A DNA stretch of 64,000 bases from Heptranchias perlo (GCF_035084215.1 NC_090329.1:13516001-13580000), one strand, 5' to 3'. Positions 38,455-52,064 are shown, numbered from the stretch's first letter. Translations and numbers: made by a program. The notes: generated by a model from the letters alone, not told the origin.

Positions 38455-39915
38455 TTTATTTGTTCATGGGATATGAACAACGCTGGCAAGGCCAGCATTT
38501 ATTGCCCATCTCTAATTGCCCTGGAGAAGGTGGTGGTGAGCCACCTTCTTGAACCGCTGCAGTCCTTACGGTGAAGGTACTCCCACAGTGCAGTTAGGTA
38601 GGGAGTTCCAGGATTTTGACTCAGTGACAATGAAGGAACGGCGATATATTTCCAATTTAGGATGGTGAGACACTTGGAGGGTAACGTGCAGGTGGTGGTG
38701 TTCCCATGTGCCTGCTGCCTTTGTCCTTCTAGGTGGTGAAGGTCGCAGATTTTGGAGGTACTGTCGAAGAAGCCTTGGTGAGTTGCTGCAGTGTATCTTG
38801 TAGATGGTACACACTGCAGCCATGGTGGAGGGAGTAACTGTTTAAGGTGATGGATGGGGTGCCAATCAAGCAGACTGCTTTGTCCTGGATGGTGTCGAGC
38901 TTCGAGTGTTGTTGGAGCTGCACTCATCCAGGCAAGTGGAGTGTATTCCATCACACTCCTGTGCCTTGTAGATGATGGAAAGGCTTTGGGGAGTAAGGAG
39001 GTGAGTCACTCACTGCAAAATACACTGCTCTTGTAGCCACAGTATTTATATGGCTGGTCCAGTTAAGTTTCTGGTCAATGGTAAACCCCAGGATGTTGTT
39101 GATGGGGGATTCGGCGATGGTAATGCCGTTGAATGTCAAGGGGAGGTGGTTAGACTCTTGTTGGAGATGGTCATTGCCTGGCACTTAAGTGGCAAGTAAC
39201 ATTCACGCCACACATCAGCTCAAGCCTGGATGTTGGCCAGGTCTTGCTGTACGCGAGCATGGACTGCTTCATTATCTGAGGGGTTGCAAATGGAACTGAA
39301 CACTGTGCAATTATCAGCGAACATTCCCATTTCTGACCTTATGATGGAGGGTAGGTCATTGATGAAGCAGCTGAAGATGGCTGGGCCTAGGACACTGCCC
39401 TGAGGAACTCCTGCAGTGATGACCTGGGGCTGAGATGATTGGCCTCCAACAGCCACTGCCATCTTCCTTTGTGTTAGGTGCAATTCCAGCCACTGGAGAG
39501 TTTCCCCCCCGATTCCCACTGACTTCAATTTTACTGGGGCTCCTTGATACCTCACTGTCAAATGCTGCCTTGATGTCAAGGGCAGTCACTCTCACCTCAC
39601 CAATTCAGCTCTTTTGTCCATGTTTGGACCAAGGCTGTAATGAGGTCTGGAGCAGAGTGGTCCTGGCAGAACCCAAACTGAGCATCAGTGAGCAGGTTAT
39701 TGGCGAGTAAGTGCCATTTGATAGCACTGTTGACGACACCTTCTATCACTTTGCTGATGATTGAGAGTAGAACGGTGGGGTGGTAATTGGCTGGATTCGA
39801 TTTGTCCTAATTTTTGTGGACAGGACATGTCTGGGCAATTTTCCACTTTGTCAGGTAGATGCCAGGTGTAGATGTTGTAGCTGTACTGGACAGCTTGGCT
39901 AGAGGTGCGGCTAGT
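38455..39915 (-). mobile_element. Family-A CR1/L2-group LINE, RT and 3' end
   Basis: [40 protein letters not shown]; frameshifted. Confidence 0.9.
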
Positions 39916-40807
39916 TGAAAATGATATGACCAATAATGATCAAATATTATTTGAGGAGAAAGAGAAAACCAAACTTTGAGGTTGTCAGATAAAAATACTG
40001 TTGTAGAAAGGGAAAAAAAAGTAACTAAATTGAAGTCAGTGTCACATTTTGGCAACAAGCAATTTATTCAACAGTTGTCAGCGATCATGAATATGCTGTT
40101 GCATTCTGCAGTTTTCAAAGCTTTTGGCATATGTTGGTGCAAACATCCTGATTCCACTGTGGACACACTTCATTTTGGAGGCAGACAATATATTGCATAG
40201 GTAATTGCTGAAGGCATAACGTACAACCACAGCCCAATTTGGGGACATATTCTCAGTACTGCGAGCGAAACTCCAGCGTGTTCCTCAGCCATCTTTGTAT
40301 GCTATTGTTTTTGCTTCAGGAATTATATGATTAACCAATGGCATTACTATACAATCTAAAAGGGCATATCTTTGCTTTTGTCTTCTTGTTGGACATATCA
40401 GTGGGCTAACAGCATCAACTGTTTTTTACCATGATTTTCATATACTTATCATAATAAGGACAGTCCTGCCTGTTATTTTCCTGGACTCTCAACTGATGCT
40501 ATTCAGTGCAACCCAGCACCAATGCCTTAAACGCCCAAGAAACTTGGAAAGAAAAAACACCCTGGACTGGAGGGTTTTGAAAATATATTGACACATTAAG
40601 ATCTATCTAGTCTAGCTAGGAAAAAATGAATACTTATCCCAATTTTGGCAATGAGGCATCCAATACAAGCAACAACCTTCAACTGAAGAAAACAAACAGG
40701 GAGCATAGTGCAGTTGCTGGGGTTTCATACAGCATAGATGCAGGCCACCATATGATACCCTCCATCTGCAACATCACAATGGCATCTTTATGCCACTGCA
40801 CAATGGC

Positions 40808-40929
40808 GAAGGTAATTTTAACTTTTGGCCATTGACTTTAAATGGAAGGAAAATAGGTTGGGGTGTACAATGTGCGGCCATTCCGATTTTGCCCATTTTA
40901 TACAATCTTCAAAAGTCAAAATTATGCCC
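40808..40929. mobile_element. Small palindromic MITE-like remnant
   Basis: Ends 'ggtaattttaacttt' and 'aaagtcaaaattatgcc' are imperfect inverted repeats. Confidence 0.45.
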
Positions 40930-41029
40930 TAGAATGTTTCCCAGAACCAATCAAGCTAGACTACTTACTACAACTTGCATTTATATACTGTTTCTAGCAT
41001 AGAAAAGTGTCCCACAGGTGTTTCACTCC

Positions 41030-41305
41030 TGTGCTACACTGTCAGAAGTGCTGTCTTTTGGATTGAGATGTTAAACAGAGGCCCCATCTGCCCTGTTAGG
41101 TGGATGTAAAATACTTTTACTGGCCAATACTTATCCCTCAACCTACATCACTAAACAAAAATCTGATCATTACCACATTGCTGTGTGCAAATTGGCTGGT
41201 GTGTTACATTACAGTGACTACATTTAAGTACATCATTGGCTGTAAATTGCTTTGAGACATCCTACGGTTGTAAAAGGCACTATATAAATGCAAGTTCTTT
41301 CTTTT
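41030..41305 (+). mobile_element. Deu-domain SINE (SacSINE1/AmnSINE1-like) fragment
   Basis: 'gtgctgtcttttggattgagatgttaaacagaggcccc..ggtggatgtaaaa..tggccaatacttatccctcaacc' resembles the Deu domain as recalled, followed by an L2-type tail. Confidence 0.75.
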
Positions 41306-41309
41306 TTTT

Positions 41310-41720
41310 CCCCCATAGAAGCATAAGGAAAAAATGGGTCCCTGGCCAAAGGAGAGGTGATCAAACACGACCAAAGGTAGGTTTTTAAGCAGGGTCTTAA
41401 AGAAAGTGAGGGAGGTGGAGAGGCAGAGGGGTTTAAGGAGGGGATTCCAGAGTGTGGGCCCTAGATAGCTGAAGGCATGATCGCCAATGGTAAGGCATGC
41501 ACAAGATACTTCAGTCAGAGTTACGGTGAGTTTGGCGGAGGGCAGGAGTTTTAAGAGGTGAATAAAACTCGAAAGGGACAAGGACATGGAGGAAATTAAA
41601 CAAAGATGAGAATTTTAAAATTGGAGATGTTGGGGATCAGGAGTAAATGTAGATCAGTGAAGGGTGAGGAGCAAGCAGCATAGGATATGTGCAGAGTTTT
41701 GGATCAGTTGAAGTTTTCAG
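41310..41720 (-). mobile_element. Decayed L2 3' fragment
   Basis: AFSYLGPTLWNPL peptide; similar to 32537-33392. Confidence 0.65.
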
Positions 41721-42363
41721 ACAGTAGAACTCAGTCCAAGAAACAAATCAGCATCAGGGGTTGAGGGATATTGGGTGAAGTGGGAAGATACCAAAAGGGC
41801 TTGGTGCTAGTTTCTGAACTAAATGGCCTTCCTTAACTAACAAATGCCATTTCTATTTGCGAGGTTTTATTTTCTGGGGGGGGGGGGGGGGGGGAAGGAA
41901 TGAAGCTGCTGATGTGAACTGCAAATTCACATTTGTTACAATGTGCAGCTGAATCGCACCACAAGTTGATGGGGAGGTGCAATTCAGCTCCAAACAACCT
42001 AGCTACATTAATCATGTTCAGTTGAAAAAGCACATTCAACCTCCAAGTTCCTGAATGCGAGAGTTGTCTGGCTCTGTGAATAGAAGATTTGGATCAGGCA
42101 GTTATAAAACGATCTGATGTACATGCCCTGCAACTTCTGCGTACTGGCAAAACAACATGTATTGGGCTGGTAAATGTAATACCATCGGAGCGTAAATCTC
42201 AACATAAACACTGGGAGTTCACATTCAATTTGAATCACCCTGATGCAAAACGACTGCAATCTCTACAGAGCCTGCAGTAAAAACAAATTTTTAATGTTAG
42301 TGAAGAACTTTTCAGGTCTTAAGAAAATAGTCTCACCAGGATAAGTTATGCAGCAGTACTTAC

Positions 42364-42439
42364 TGTGACTCCACTGTTTACATTTTTATCCACATACTTC
42401 TTTTTTTCGTACTTGTCTCTGATGAAAAATTCTACAGCT
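42364..42439 (-). CDS. SMAP1: SMAP1 coding exon (exon 4 equivalent), end of ArfGAP domain
   Basis: Encodes (Q)AVEFFIRDKYEKKKYVDKNVNSGVT. Acceptor catcag|A, donor ACA|gtaagt, 76 nt. Its first base completes the split CA|A codon from the previous exon. Confidence 0.95.
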
Positions 42440-43210
42440 CTGATGAATATTCAATCAAGGAAAATGTTAGTTTTTTTCAAAAAAACACATTTAACTTCCT
42501 GTGCTACAATCTGCATTTATCCAAAGATGTGGAGCTACAACAGTAGAAAAGATTCCTGAATAAATATGGAATCAAATTGAAAATACTAATGCTCCATTTC
42601 ATAAGTGTTTTAAATCAAACTTCAAAAACATAATTCTCCTGTACTTAATAAAATTCTGTTAAGTAATGATTAACTGTGAAGGAAAGTCTAAGGGGAGTAC
42701 TTTCTATTCAAATTACTCCCCAGTCTCTGGGAAAATTGTAAAAAAAAATTGCACCACTTTTTAAAAAACCTTTAAAAATGTTGTCCAACAGAATTTCCAT
42801 TTTGTGTTTCCAGCCATCCAGAACCAGCAATATTACTAACCAGATGGTTTCCCAGTGTCCTGATTAGCTCATTCATTTTAAATGGTCACAACTTTGGAGT
42901 AGAGTGGATGCTGATCAGGAACCATTTAACCCCAGAAAAATGTGTGCATTGCAATTTATGCATGAGCTATTCAATCATTTATGATTGGCAGAGACCAAAT
43001 TGGTCTGTGTATTGGATTTCTAGAAGTCTAGCAAGTGCTCACCATCTTCAAGCAGCATGGAGTGTTTTCCTAGACCCAAATACTTCAGATGAACAACAGG
43101 AGACTATTTTGACCTACACAGTTTGGCAGAATCCAGTCAGCTCAAGAAAAGCCAACTCTGCTTTGTACTGCACCCACACTACCCCTCAATCATTGCACAG
43201 ATTAAACAAA

Positions 43211-43325
43211 TTTTGACAAAGGATCCAGGCTCAAAACATTAACTCATCACTTCTCTCCACAGATGCTGCCTGACCTGCTGAGTGTGTCTAGCATTATGTT
43301 TTATTTTTCATTTTCCAGCATCTAA
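43211..43325 (+). mobile_element. Penelope-like element terminal remnant
   Basis: 'ttgacaaaggatccaggctcaaaacattaac..ctctccacagatgctgcctgacctgctgagt..ttccagcatct'. Confidence 0.65.
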
Positions 43326-43519
43326 GTAAATGTCTACATCTGGACCCATTCCACTGTTTACAGAGGCTCCCAAAATGGCCTAGATTGAAAAACTCAATGC
43401 AAACTGGTCAAATTTGCAACCAGTGAAACTAGGAGCAGTCAAGTCTGAAGTAGCAACCAAGGACTTATAAAATAAGCTAGATAATGCAAGTGGTCAGACC
43501 ACTATCAAGTGAAATTCAA

Positions 43520-44030
43520 AATGAACAAAAGTATTACACAGAATGAAAAAAAGGATATTAAGTATATCATAAGTGGTATAATAGCTGGTGGTAAAATTGA
43601 AAGATGAAGGGATCCTAGTAGACTCAGTGCTTTAACATTCCTGGTCGCTGTGAAGCAGTAAATGGAATGTTGAACTATACAGCCAAATCAGTAAACTACA
43701 AGTCAGAGGATGCCATGTTCAAACAGCTCCACACTTCCACCAGACAATTTTTGATCAGATATAGGGGAGACAGTCAAGCCCTACAGACAGTGTAATGCTG
43801 CCATGAGACTGATCCCCATAAGACTAGAGAAACTTGAGCCCTTCAGTCATGAAACAAGTCAACCAAGGCACCCCTCAAATGTACACACAGGATGATAGTT
43901 TAGAAAAAGTTAAATTTAAAATTACATTAAATTAAACTGCGATTTTAGGACAAGGTGCCATACCTTCAAACTAGCTAAAGACAAATTTAGTTCTGATGAG
44001 AGAAAAGTCTTTACATCACATGTTGATTTG
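43520..44030 (+). mobile_element. Very old CR1 3' remnant
   Basis: Decayed similarity to the CR1 ORF2 C-terminus (gggatcctagta.., agactgatccc.., tttagttctgatgagagaaa). Confidence 0.45.
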
Positions 44031-44369
44031 CATTTTGAGTTGAGTGCAAAAGACTTGGATGCTGTGATGGAGGACACCAATTCCCCCCACCCCACAGATA
44101 TCTCCATCTTAACAGGCAATGATTCCCTTAGATCTGGCACAGACCAAATTAACCTGCAGGCTTTTTGCTACTAGACACTGCATCCCTGTTGTGCAGCACC
44201 AGGTAATATCCCTTTCCTTCACTATGTTGAGATGATCAATATGCAAGAACAGCCAAAAGATTCACAACCCACTGTGGCCTGACTCCAAAAACCACATCTG
44301 TTTCCTTTTCTCTGTTGATCCTGCAAATTTGTAACATTCTTAAAGACATCTTAAATTTACATAGTTGTA

Positions 44370-45230
44370 TTACATAGTATTTACAGCACAAACAGGCCAT
44401 TTGGCCCAACACATATATGCCAGTGTTTGTGTTCCACATGAGCCTCCTCCCACCTTACTTCATCTCATCTAATCAACATATCCTTCTATTCCTTTCTCCC
44501 TCATGTACTTATCTAGCTTCCTCTTAAATGCATCTATACTATTCATTTTAACTACTCCATGTGGGAGCAAATTCCACATTCTAACCACTCTCTGGGTAGA
44601 GGTTTCTCCTGAATTCCTTATTGGATTTATTGGTGACTATCTTATATTTATGACTTTGTTTTGGACTCCCTTACATGTAGAAACATCATCTCTACGTCTA
44701 CCCCATCAAACCCCTTCTTAATTTTAATAACCTCTATCAGGTCACCCCTGAGCCTTCTCCTTTCTAAAGAGCCCCAACTTGTTCAATCTTTCCTGATAGT
44801 TCTAATACCATCCATGTAAATATTTTTGCACCTTCTCTAGTGCCTCTGTATCCTTTTTGTAATATGGAGACCAGAACTGTGCACAGTACTCCAAATGTGT
44901 TCTAACCAAGGTTCTATACAAGTTTAACATAACTTCTGCACTTCTGAACTCTATTCCTCTAGAATTGAACCCCAATGCTTTGTCTGTATTTTATGGCTTT
45001 GTTAACCTGCATTGCTAATTTTAATGATGTGGGTCTTTGTACCTCTAGATCCCTTCGCTCCTCCACCTCATTTAGACTCTTCCAAGAGTAGGTGGATTCC
45101 TTATTCCCCCTACCAAAAATGCACCACTTATTTATACTGAAATTTATTTGACATTTACACTTCTATTCTGCAAGTTTGTTAGCATCATCTTGTATTCTGT
45201 CACAGTCTTCATCAGTATTAACCAAAGCCC
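44370..45230 (-). mobile_element. Decayed CR1 3' fragment
   Basis: Tail 'tacagcacaaacaggccatttggccc' plus antisense LEYCAQFWSPY; sister of 58745-59735. Confidence 0.8.
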
Positions 45231-47989
45231 CCAAAAAAGTCACTTTTGTCATCGCCAGTCATCCCACCCTCATCTATTCCAGAATTGAAACCAAAATGTG
45301 AGGGTAGCGAGCTCAAATCTCACACCAAACAGCAACATTCCTATAAAACTTTTTCCCAGTTAGCGATGATACAGATGCAGAATCTTGTGTCTTGGAAAAA
45401 ACATAAAAGCTGCCTAAAGATGGCCATCAGTTTCATGAAGAGTCAGACATACTTTTGGTGTTCTTGCCTGATCAGAAGCTATGGTCAATTTGGAGTCATA
45501 TCAGACATTTAGAATGACTTCTGTTGTAGCCAGAGCAAATGACAACAGAAAACCAAGAAACTGTTAAGACCTTACATTCCAGCATTATAAATACCCCAGT
45601 TGCCTAACTATTGAGTGGGAACCTCTGATCTTCAGAGGAAACCTGTCCTTTAGAGGCCCAGAGGATTATAGTAAAGGTACAAGTTTTTCCCTGTGTTTCC
45701 TGATCTAACTGCCTGTTTCCACACTAAGGCATTAGAACAGCGGTGTCATTTATCCATCTAACATTCCAGAGATTCTATTCAAAAGTTACTGAAATTGACT
45801 TAAAGATTCTGCATGCTTTAATTTACATAGCGAGTCAAGTATTATACTGCTAATTTCTTGTATTATTAATCCTGCATAAGATTGAAAGTTTGAGTTCAGA
45901 GAAGACAGGTTTGTTTACAGTAAGTACCTTCTTGCTTAGCCTTAAAACGTGTTCAGATTTTGGGGAGAAAACTTGAATTGCAACACCAGGTTGCATCTCG
46001 ATCAGAAGTTGGAGTAGAAATTGTAAGATAAATTAAGAAGAGTCAAAGTAGTTTGCGGTTATGTTCAATATCAGCTCATTTAACCAAACTAATCACCTGA
46101 TTTTGAGCTCTTGTGGCTACAAATCTCACCTCCCTACATTCATTTGCTGTTCTACTGCTTTCCAAACTGACTACTCAACTTTTTGTGAAGCAAGATTGAA
46201 ACTATCAACTCTAATTTCCCTCTGCTGAAACTACAAATCCTGGAGATTTCAGCATCAACAACTCTACTACACCTGCCTCTACCAGTAGAGCCCAACAGTG
46301 GGGAAACAGACAGTGCATAAATTAGGACTGGAGGTGAGGAAAAGGTGTTGGAAATTAGCTGAAAACAACTCTGCTTCTCTCTGGGTCAGCAATAATATCC
46401 TTTGCCATCTTGAATGACCTTGAGCAATTTGATCAGCCTACCCAAATTGCTGATTAATCTAGTAATTCAGCTAATCTCAGACACCTTCTCCACCAATACT
46501 AACTTCTACACTGAGTCTCTCCACTATTGCACTCTTCTGATAAAGGCAGAGGTAGCATGGTGATTAAAACATTCTGCGACAAATTGCACACTAAAGCAAT
46601 CATTTGATAAGTCAGTGAAGTAGGACCATCATCTTTGTGAAGTCTTTACTTTCTTTCCTCGCTCTAAAAACTGTTCATACTCTTCTGATCATTTTGTGCC
46701 AGTGAAGAAATTGATGTTATTCTAGTTGGCATGGAAAGATTAATACCTCACTCCCTCCCCTTCTATTGAAAGTGGTACTGTATTTTGGTTCAAACATACT
46801 TGCTTTTCTGCTGTGCGTGTAAATATTCTGCCTATCACAGCTGGCACCTTGGTCAATCCCGAGCCAACTTTATATCCGTTTGCATTCCACTATTAGAATT
46901 GCCAAATTCAACTTTATTGAAAAGCAAGTCAACTGCAGTGCTCCGGCAGCTGCTTCCCTGGTCCCTCGCCAAATCTGTCTCCCTTAATTTCCCTAAATCC
47001 TCCTGTCTATTCTCCTGTCAGGTCGTCTAAAACAGAAAGCAGACCTTTTTTGCACCCTTTTCTCATCCAACTCTAACCGAAATGAACTTGCTAACAGACT
47101 CTCTTCCATTGTTCCATTCTGCTCCATGATCATCCGACATTAACTTTCATCTCCACCAGGTTCATTATTCTTATCGTTCTCAGGATACATGCCTCCAAAC
47201 TTACTTTTATCCTTTCCTGTCTTGAAATTTTCTTACTGGCCACCTTTCTTTCTTGGAAATGTATTAATGTTCTCCTTATCCCAAGAGAGAAACTATCTTC
47301 CCCTCCCTCCCCCCACAACTCCATCCCAAGTACTGCCCTTACATCAGTACCTTCTAAAGGAATGGAAACTAAATGGATAATCTAGCTTACTTCATGGTTA
47401 CAACTATTCACATTCAAGTGGTGATTTTGTTCCCTACATTATGCACCTCAAAGTCTGCTCTTGCATCTTTTAATGAATCATTTGGCTCCATTTACATCAC
47501 CTCCAAAGCTGAAAGGATCTTGCTGTGTATTTCTAAACCAATTATATGGCCTTCCAAAGTTATGCTCCAGGGTGACTAGTTTCCACTAAAATCACCATGT
47601 TGTAATTGATAGCTCAGTCCTCATTCATTTACCATTAATTGAGGTTCCTATGCAAAAGGTGTTCGGACCATCTCAATCCAGCCCCCAGCAAGTACAGGTC
47701 CACTGCACAAAACTGCACAAATGCAGCATGCAATTGAAAAGACTACAGGTTGGCTGTTGCGAAAAATGGCACATTGGCACAGTGGAGATGCTCGAAGTTG
47801 AGGTTGAGGCACAATTTTCAGACAAAATATAGGGATATTTAACCAGGGAGTGTTTGATGCTAATACTAGCTGCCCAAAACAAAGTGGAGATGAGAGTTTC
47901 TATTTGAGGTCACTGTCCCTCCCATTAAACAAGTTACGGCCCTCACCATCATTCACAACCTTCTGTTTCTTCGTTGGATGATTCCACTC

Positions 47990-48040
47990 ACTTAACACTA
48001 GGAACTGGATTGAGATTGCCCAAACTCATTTCACAAGAGT
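47990..48040 (-). mobile_element. LF-SINE-like core fragment
   Basis: Minus strand TGTGAAATGAGTTTGGGCAATCTCAATCCAGTTCCTAGTG resembles the LF-SINE core TGTGAAATGAGTTGGTGGTCTCAGTCCAGTTCCTAGTG as recalled. Confidence 0.55.
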
Positions 48041-48846
48041 CCATAGATTTAAAGTCAATGTCTAACCAACTGCACCCAAGGGCTGGGGAGAGAGGTGAAG
48101 ATTATAGTTGAGCCCAACTTTACACATACACATCCCAGTGGGAGTCACGAATAAAGATCAGGAACACAAATCTTGACTTATTTCCGCCCCCCCCCCCCCC
48201 ACCGCCTAACCAAATAATCAATACAACATTACCAAATTATTGGGTGTCTGCTCCACATATCTACTTGCATTACAAGGAAAATTTTTAAAACCTTCAATTC
48301 TCTAGGTTCAGAAACTGGTTAAGTTAGTAATTGTTCACTGTCATTAAGTTAAATACTTAATGTATTTGCCTATATCGCTTACTCTGATATAGGCAAAAAT
48401 CTGAACCATATCTCCTTTCAATATTTGTTTCACCAAACAAGTCAAGTTTAGGTCAATGAGTCTCTCCATATATTAAAGCTTCTCGTCAACCTCTTCTGAA
48501 CCTCCCTGAATGCCTTATTGAAGGTAAATTGCCCAAAATAGCATACAATATTCTAAATGTGCCTTCAAGTGATCTGAACAAGGCTACAATAACTCATTTT
48601 TAAAACTTAAAGATGTTTTATATGTATACTAGTATTTGATTAGTTTTAATTGCTTCACATTGATCAGAAGCTTTCAGTATAGAGTCAATAATCACACCCA
48701 AATCCTCTCTTTTCTCACTGACCTAATCTGAAATAGGACCAATGCTTTCTGTTCTTAGAATCCATTCTACCCAGTACTGGAACATAGGAATTAGCTTGAC
48801 AAATAATCAACTAAAAATGCCATAAAGAGCCCTTCGGCCAAGACAA

Positions 48847-48994
48847 CATAAGTAGGTCTTGTTTAAATAAGATACATAAGCAGGTCTTGTTTAAATAAGA
48901 TACATAAGCAGGTCTTGTTTAAATAAGATACATAAGCAGGTCTTGTTTAAATAAGATACATAAGCAGGTCTTGTTTAAATAAGATACATAAGCA
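48847..48994 (+). repeat. 28-bp tandem minisatellite, 5 full units plus a partial unit
   Basis: CATAAGCAGGTCTTGTTTAAATAAGATA at 48847, 48875, 48903, 48931 and 48959; one substitution in the first unit. Confidence 0.95.
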
Positions 48995-49627
48995 ATGAGT
49001 GGTTTAGATTTCAAGATGGACAACAATTGATGAAAGGAAATCACTGGGAGATCCAACAGCATACACCTTTAAACCACAACATGTCAATTCAGCACTGGAC
49101 ATCCTTATATGGCACTGGCCCAAATAAATTATTGAAAATGGTGATATTAAGATCTATGTATCAATCAGCAACGATGCCCATTTTTGAAAGCACTCCAACC
49201 AGAAAACAGGTTCTTAAATTATTTTCAAAAATAGGACTGGAAAAATAAATTGGTTACAAATCGTAAGGAGTTTTTTTATCCTGGTTCATCAACATTCATT
49301 CCTAAGTCTGAAGTAAATATCAGTAAGTGGCCCATTTCTTCTTTGCTATATCCGCAATTGGATTTCTTCTCCAATGAAAATGGGTGAGCTCCCTGCCAGA
49401 GCTGGAACAACTCTTTAAATGAGGATTAGTGACGTAGGAGTGTGAAATGAGTCCTGGTTTGCCTAAGTTTGTTTAATGCAATCAAGATTGGGAAGGAATG
49501 GAAAGCAGTGTTGGAGAATAGAATAGCAGTGGCACTGAAGGGGGAAAAAAAAGAGATTAAATGAGATAGTAGAAAGAATTAAGGAAGAACGCACATTTGC
49601 AAGGTAATGGGATATTTACTTGTGCAA

Positions 49628-50120
49628 TACAACAACTTGCATTTAAGTAGCACCTCTGACATAGTAAGACGTCCCAAGGCGCTTCATAGGAGCGCCGTCA
49701 AACAAAATTTGACACCGAGCCACCGATATTAGGACAGGTGACCAAAAGCTGGGTCAAAAAAGGGTAGATTTTAAGGAGCGTCTTAAAAGGAGGTAGAGAG
49801 ACGGAGGTGTTTAGAGAGGGAATTCCAGAGCTTAGGGCCTAGGCAGCTGGAGGCCCGGCCATCAGTGGTGGAGCGATTAAAATCGGGGATGCGCAAGAGG
49901 CAAGAATTGGAGGAGAGCAGGGATCGGGGAGGGTTGTAGGGCTGGAGGAGGTTAGAGATAGGACGAGGCGAGGCTATGGAGGGATTTAAAAACAAGGATG
50001 AGAATTATTTTTTTTTTTAAAAAGAGAGGCATTCCCAGACCAGGAGTGAGGAGTGAACAGAACTTGGTGTGAGTTAGGGTACGGGCAGCAGGATTTTGGA
50101 TGAGCTCAAGTTTATGGAGG
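49628..50120 (-). mobile_element. L2 LINE 3' fragment
   Basis: KLELIQNPAARTLT and LGPKLWNSL peptides; similar to 32537-33392. Confidence 0.85.
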
Positions 50121-50309
50121 GACAGTTCTTCTTTAGGATAACATGCAATGATTTGTTTGGCTACAAGTAAAGGTTGGAGATACTGAGATGAGGGAGATGA
50201 GTTTCTTTGAGAAGCCAAAGATATGCTGGTGTTGGTTGTATATAAACAAATTAACATACTTGGGGGTCCCAACCCTTAAGCTCTTAAAAGTGAAAGAACA
50301 TGAAACAAT

Positions 50310-50750
50310 TCACATTGATATAGTGCCTCTAATGTAGAAAGTATCCCAAGATGTTTTACAAAAGGAGCTGAAAGAAATAAAAAGGAGCAGGTGCCAATCC
50401 ACAGAGGATCACTTTAGGAGGGGTGACCAAAAGCTTAGTTTGAAAAAAATAATGAATTTTGGGCAGAGGAATTTAGGGAGGGAGTTCCAGAGGAGAGGGG
50501 AGAATAAGGCTTGAGGTTGTAGAAAAGTGAGGCCATGGAAAGAACTGAGGATGAGGATTTTAATGTGTTGAGAGACTGGGAGTCAATGCAGATCAGTAAG
50601 GACAAGGTGATGGGTGAGCAGAACAGGATACAAGGGGCTGTATTTGGACCAAATATTGTCTATCAAAGGTGGAGGGTGACTAGTGAGAAATCAGTGAGGA
50701 GCAAATCAATTAAGTAAAAATCTAGTGGTGACAAAGCCGTGGGTAAGGAA
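50310..50750 (-). mobile_element. Older L2 3' remnant
   Basis: Shares blocks 'tgaccaaaagctt' and 'gggagttccagag' with the other L2 copies. Confidence 0.5.
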
Positions 50751-52064
50751 AAATGGATGTAAAATTGTGTTTTGCGGGTTATTGCTAGTACCTGGTAACG
50801 AGTTTGAATAGATCTTTGGGCGTACATGAATGGGTAGTCAGATGGTACCAGTCTTTGGGACTTCTTCCTCTGGCTATTTCGGCCTCTGTATTTTGGCTTA
50901 TTCTCATAAGTGAGAGTGTGTTCTAAACCTAAGCAGTAATGACCCATTATATATTGGTTTAAAGAAAGAATCTGGGATCACATGATTGTTAAAGTTAAAA
51001 TGCTATACTAAGGGTCTGCAAAAAGTGTAGCTTTAAAAGAATGGGCTTCAAATGGTAACTGGTACACAATGACAAAGATCTATAGGAGAATGGGAAGTAA
51101 TGTTGGTGAGGATACAATCAAACCTCATTGTGGCCAAGTTAAGAGAGATTAAAAGGACAGACAAATGTGGTTAAACAGGGATGTGAATATTTGCATTAGA
51201 GATAAGCAAAAGGCTTTTGAAATGTACAAAAGGAAATTGGATTGAGTCCACTAAGTAAATGAAGACGACAAAAAGCTAGTGAAAAAGGTAAATGAAAAGC
51301 CAAGAGAAATATTAAGGTGATATGAAAACATTCCCCAAATATGCCCAAAGTAAACAAAGAATGAAAAACTCTTAAAAAGTTAGGTAATAAGCAAATAATG
51401 GAAATGATTATAAAAAGACACGGCATTCTTAAAATAGACCACCCACGAGCCAGAAGTTTGCATACATGAATCTTAAGGGAAATGCGCACTGATTAGTGGT
51501 ACTTTTACTGACATAATTCAAGAGTGATTCCCAAAGATTGAAAAGTGGCTTAATATGTATTGAAGGGAAATCTGAACTGACAATAATTAGTAAATACTTG
51601 GTGGTTGGGGGGGGGGGGGGGGGGGGAGAAAAAAAAAATCACACTTAAAGTCAGCACCAATTCAAAAAAGCTTTGTTTTTTTTGCAACGTCTCTAAGTAG
51701 ATCAGATAAAGCTGATCATGGTTAGTAATTTCAATTTTGAAAACATTAAAACAAGTAAAAATTCAAAAATGTGAAGTTAATTTAACTTAATTTTAAGATA
51801 ACACAAATTCTATTAAGATTTTTTTTAAAGTTACATGCGTTGAAGCATTACAGTGGCATGCTAACACAGGCTCACCATGATTTTTCCATACAGAAGTTTC
51901 CAATGTTATTCAGTTCATCCAGGGTCGGGGCAGAAGTGGAGGCAAGGTGCTGTACCAGGTACGTGCACATTTGCACAATAGCTACAACCGAAGCCAGGAC
52001 AAGTTAGTTTACTTACCATCAGTTAGGTAGTTGAGATTACCTTGGGGAGGGATAAAACAGGACT

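Noticed and set aside
48847-48994. 28-bp palindromic repeats as a CRISPR array
   Set aside because: The units are head-to-tail with no spacers, there are no cas genes, and the context is a vertebrate intron.
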